Below, in pieces: positions 60,629 through 64,000 of a DNA stretch of 64,000 nt (positions are counted from its first letter, which is position 1; each line of letters begins with the position of its first letter). A program made the position numbers and the translations under genes. The stretch lies in contig JAVRCJ020000011.1 in the NCBI GenBank assembly GCA_034530875.2, positions 96,001 through 160,000 of the forward strand. The letters run 5' to 3'. Source of the stretch: Nostoc sp. DedSLP01. Its GTDB lineage: Bacteria > Cyanobacteriota > Cyanobacteriia > Cyanobacteriales > Nostocaceae. The notes below the pieces were generated by a model, which was not told where the DNA came from, made no database searches, and saw only the letters and a program-made list of their open reading frames with translations.

Positions 60629-60684
60629 ATAGTAACACGAGTAAAAATACCAGTCAAACATACCCGACAAATTTTGTCGGGTAT
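60629..60684 (-). promoter_or_regulatory. Sigma70-type promoter with adjacent palindromic operator for the thrC-like/moaD operon
   Basis: TTGACT (60657-60652)-N17-TACTAT (60634-60629) with TG extension; palindrome ATACCCGACAAA-T-TTTGTCGGGTAT at 60660-60684. Confidence 0.7.
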
Positions 60685-61508
60685 TTTGGGTAGTCACAGT
60701 AATAATTTTTGTAACATTCGGTTACTAATAAATTTTTGCATTTAGTATTTACACTTAGTAATTTTTGGTTATAAAAAAATCGCAGCTTGAGTTATTCCGT
60801 CTTAATACTGTTGGTAGTTAGAATTAAATTGCATTTTGGGTACGATCGATTTGCATATATCTAAAAGATCGCCAGTTTTTAGCGATCTAAATCGCTTTTT
60901 GAATTTATTCCACGACTCGCTCGAGTAAAGTGAATATATAACAGTAAAGAATCAAAAGTATTTCCAGATATAGATTTTAGTATTTTTGCTCTGGGATTGA
61001 AGATTCAAGTTGCTATTGATATTCCAACAATGAATTTGAATTTCAATTTTTATACACTCATTCACTGCTAGAGAAGTTACTTATTTATACGGTGGACTTT
61101 TCTTGCAGCAAAAGTTACATTTCTACTTGCATAAACAATTCAGCAGTACGCAACAGTAAGTTTCCCATAGTTGTGGTTACCAGCCTTGATTATCAACGGC
61201 GATCGCAAATTTAGATCGGCGAATTATTTGCAGGTATTGCATGAATATATATTCGTGAGGAGTGTCAATAACTGATAGCAGATTTCAAGAAGAGAGAAAA
61301 TATACAAATGAGGTTTCAAAGCTTGGCTTTAAACGTGCTTTACTACTGAATCTGATTCGCAGAATTCAGTAATTTTGGTTTAACTCCTCAAATCTGCATT
61401 CTCAAAAAATTAACGTTTTAGGCAAATATCATCGGTAATTCTTAAAAAATTGCCGAACTTTATCCTCTTTAAAATTCAGGACACAAGTTCAGCAAACAAA
61501 CAACACCT

Positions 61509-64000
61509 ATGGTAAAACAAAATAAATTTGTCAACAGGCAGCATCACCGCTATCAATCCTTAATAGCAACAGCATTATTAACTGGTAGCTTTTTCCAATT
61601 TGTTGCACCTGTATTAGCTGACGGAACTACTGCGGGTACGTCTATCAGTAATACAGCCACAGCAACCTACGAAGATCCCAACAGTCCAGGGACGACAATC
61701 AACGCCACTTCCAACACTGTGGTTGTCACCGTTGCAGAAGTTGCTGGTATCACCGTCAGTGCATCTGGTGTCACAGATACCACTGCTAGTCCTAGCAATA
61801 CAACAGTCCAAGCTGGCGATTTACTTATCTACACCTACACCTTGACCAACGTAGGTAACGACCCAACCAAATTCCACATTCCTAACCAAGCTACAACAAC
61901 CGGGCCAGGTACAGTTTCTGGTACATTACCAAATGGTGGTACAGCTAATAGCTTGCAATATAGTATCGACGGCGGTCAAAATTGGATAAACGTTCCCCAA
62001 GGCGGCATAGATACACCATCAGTTCCAGTTGGTGGCACTGTATTGGTGCGCGTACCAATTACTGTACAACCTGGTGCCCAAACCAATGATGTCATTACTG
62101 TTACCCTTGGTAATACTCCTGGTGACGCTCAAAACCAACTGCGGAGTCCTGATGGTGGCGACGTATTTACTGTAGATAATCCTGATGGTAGTCCTGGTGA
62201 GGTACCTGGCGCACCAGTTAACGGTACTCGGGAAGCTAGCGCCACCCAGCAAATTAAGGTTGGTTTAACGGTAAAGACCTACACGTTAGCCACCGTTCTC
62301 AAGATTCGCAGTGGTTATAACAATGCTGGCACGCCTGCAATTACAGACGATAAGCTGACTTACGATTTGAGTTTGCGAGTTGAGTCCAACGATCCCACAG
62401 GACAGGGAATCACACCAGCAGCTTTGACTGGCACCAATGTTCCTGGTCTTGCTGGTACTCATATTTTGGTTTCTGATGCCATTCCCGCAGGTACAGATTT
62501 GGCAGTAGCACCAACTCCGCCTCCTGGTTGGCAAACTGTTTATACCACTGACCCAGTTACAACTAATGCTAATGCAGCTACTTGGACTACAACACCACCA
62601 TCAGTCTTGGCTTCAGTAACTCGCGTTGGTTTTATCAATAATCCAGCAACAATTACTTCCATCGCTCCTGGTACGACGGTGACTGGCTTTTCGATTCAAG
62701 TCGCCGTTGAATTAAGTGCCACTTCACCTTTAACTATTGCTAATATTGCCCAATTATTTGGTCAAACACCAAGCAGCAATCTACCAGTATACGACGAATC
62801 GGGCGACCAAAATCCTAGCAACTACAACGGGCCTCCAGGTAGTATGATACCTCCCGCTGGTACAGATAGCAACAGCGATGGTGTTCCCGATACTCTACCA
62901 ACCGGCAGCGTTGATGATGGCTATATTAATACTCCAACAACTCCGGAAACTGGAACTGACGCAGGCAATAACAATAGTGGTGATGGTTCGCAAGGAGGTG
63001 AGGCGAACGTCATCACACTGCAAACACCTGTAGCTTCAGCAATACTCAACGGCCCGCAAAATGCACCGGATGCAACTGGGCCGTCAGGTGGAACCAACGA
63101 TGACTTCACGAATAAATCTTCTCTCGTTCCTCCTAATACTGCACCTGGTAGTACGCTCGATCCTCAGTCAGTTGGCTTCACAAACACAGTTAAGAATACT
63201 GGTACTGAGTCAGGGGTTTTGAAGATAGAGCCAACGCTACCAGGAGTTGCAGGAGATTTACCGAATAATACGAAGATAACGATTACCTATAATAGCCAGT
63301 CTGCTGTTTATACTTACAATAATGGAGTATTTACAACACCTGGGGCACCAATTACAATCCCTAACTTTGCTCCTAATGCAACTATCAACTATGGTGTAGA
63401 AGTTGATTTACCCGCAGGTACGCAGTTATCTACTGATATTAATAAAGGCTTCCCAGTACCCGTAACTGCTTCTATTGATAACTACACGACGGATAGTAAC
63501 GGAGATGGAATCAAGGATACTGGGAACGATAATGCCTTTGATTCATCCAACATCACCATCGATCGCGTCTACACTGGCTACCTGAAACTGTTGAAAATGT
63601 CACGAGTTCTACAAGGAACCGGGCCTGTAGTTCAAGGAAATGATGGCATCTTCAGTACTGACCCGAAAAAGCCTGCACCAGGAAACATTATTGAGTACCA
63701 AATTCAGTACAGCAATATTTCCGAGCCTCAATCTGGAACTGGTAACGTGATTTTGAATGCTAGCAAAGTTGTGATTATTGAAGATGGTACGCAAGGCTCC
63801 AACAACTGGGCAAAAGACAATGATGCCAGCGGTCAAATTGATACTAGCAACATTGTTGGTTCCGCCAAAGATTCTGGCAGTGCAACCATTCAATTCTTCA
63901 GCGGAAATCCAGCTACTAGCTCTGGTATCGACCAAACTGGAACTACGGTAAATACTGATGTCACCAAGTATGTTGATACTGTAACTGGTATCATCGCGCC
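61509..64000 (+). CDS. Large secreted DUF11/Ig-like beta-strand surface protein; runs off the window
   Basis: Translated by hand: MVKQNKF...FQFVAPVLA-DGTTAGTSISNTATATYEDP; GDLLIYTYTLTNVGN; PAPGNIIEYQIQYSNIS; T/G/N/P-rich; about 830 codons visible. Confidence 0.85.
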   Translation, partial: MVKQNKFVNRQHHRYQSLIATALLTGSFFQFVAPVLADGTTAGTSISNTATATYEDPNSPGTTINATSNTVVVTVAEVAGITVSASGVTDTTASPSNTTVQAGDLLIYTYTLTNVGNDPTKFHIPNQATTTGPGTVSGTLPNGGTANSLQYSIDGGQNWINVPQGGIDTPSVPVGGTVLVRVPITVQPGAQTNDVITVTLGNTPGDAQNQLRSPDGGDVFTVDNPDGSPGEVPGAPVNGTREASATQQIKVGLTVKTYTLATVLKIRSGYNNAGTPAITDDKLTYDLSLRVESNDPTGQGITPAALTGTNVPGLAGTHILVSDAIPAGTDLAVAPTPPPGWQTVYTTDPVTTNANAATWTTTPPSVLASVTRVGFINNPATITSIAPGTTVTGFSIQVAVELSATSPLTIANIAQLFGQTPSSNLPVYDESGDQNPSNYNGPPGSMIPPAGTDSNSDGVPDTLPTGSVDDGYINTPTTPETGTDAGNNNSGDGSQGGEANVITLQTPVASAILNGPQNAPDATGPSGGTNDDFTNKSSLVPPNTAPGSTLDPQSVGFTNTVKNTGTESGVLKIEPTLPGVAGDLPNNTKITITYNSQSAVYTYNNGVFTTPGAPITIPNFAPNATINYGVEVDLPAGTQLSTDINKGFPVPVTASIDNYTTDSNGDGIKDTGNDNAFDSSNITIDRVYTGYLKLLKMSRVLQGTGPVVQGNDGIFSTDPKKPAPGNIIEYQIQYSNISEPQSGTGNVILNASKVVIIEDGTQGSNNWAKDNDASGQIDTSNIVGSAKDSGSATIQFFSGNPATSSGIDQTGTTVNTDVTKYVDTVTGIIA

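Noticed and set aside
60711..60725. GTAACATTCGGTTAC as an NtcA site
   Set aside because: Spacing is GTA-N9-TAC rather than N8.
61614..63935. Minus-strand short ORFs
   Set aside because: Antisense shadows of the long plus-strand secreted protein gene.

Overview
Chromosomal segment of a filamentous, probably heterocyst-forming (Nostocales-type) cyanobacterium. The basis for this is abundant HIP1 GCGATCGC, heptameric STRR tracts, small MITE/SDR-like elements and cyanobacteria-type gene families. Ordinary content includes a multi-domain response regulator, an M14 carboxypeptidase, a LOV-containing hybrid histidine kinase with a REC-GGDEF partner, an S2P protease, a lipoate ligase, PBP1A, ArsR/SRPBCC, murF, a YbhGFSR-like efflux operon with TetR, thrC, a porin and a thrC-like/MoaD pair. 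The most notable block is a co-directional ~17 kb minus-strand cluster (41841 to 24831): GMC flavo/Fe-S dehydrogenase, ferritin-like protein, gamma subunit, pentapeptide protein, exported IolE-like enzyme, NTF2 protein, epimerase, copper-radical oxidase, DyP peroxidase and two glycosidases. It looks like an uncharacterised oxidative sugar/glycan-processing system. Other candidates are an IscR-like operator on the thrC-like/MoaD operon, a 21-nt HIP1-targeting insert adding one heptad to the LOV linker, an 815-aa protein with exact 54-aa beta repeats, an orphan DUF4280, a TnpB relic supplying a host stop codon and a DUF11-like secreted protein. No rRNA, tRNA or CRISPR array was seen. All calls are by eye and no searches were run.
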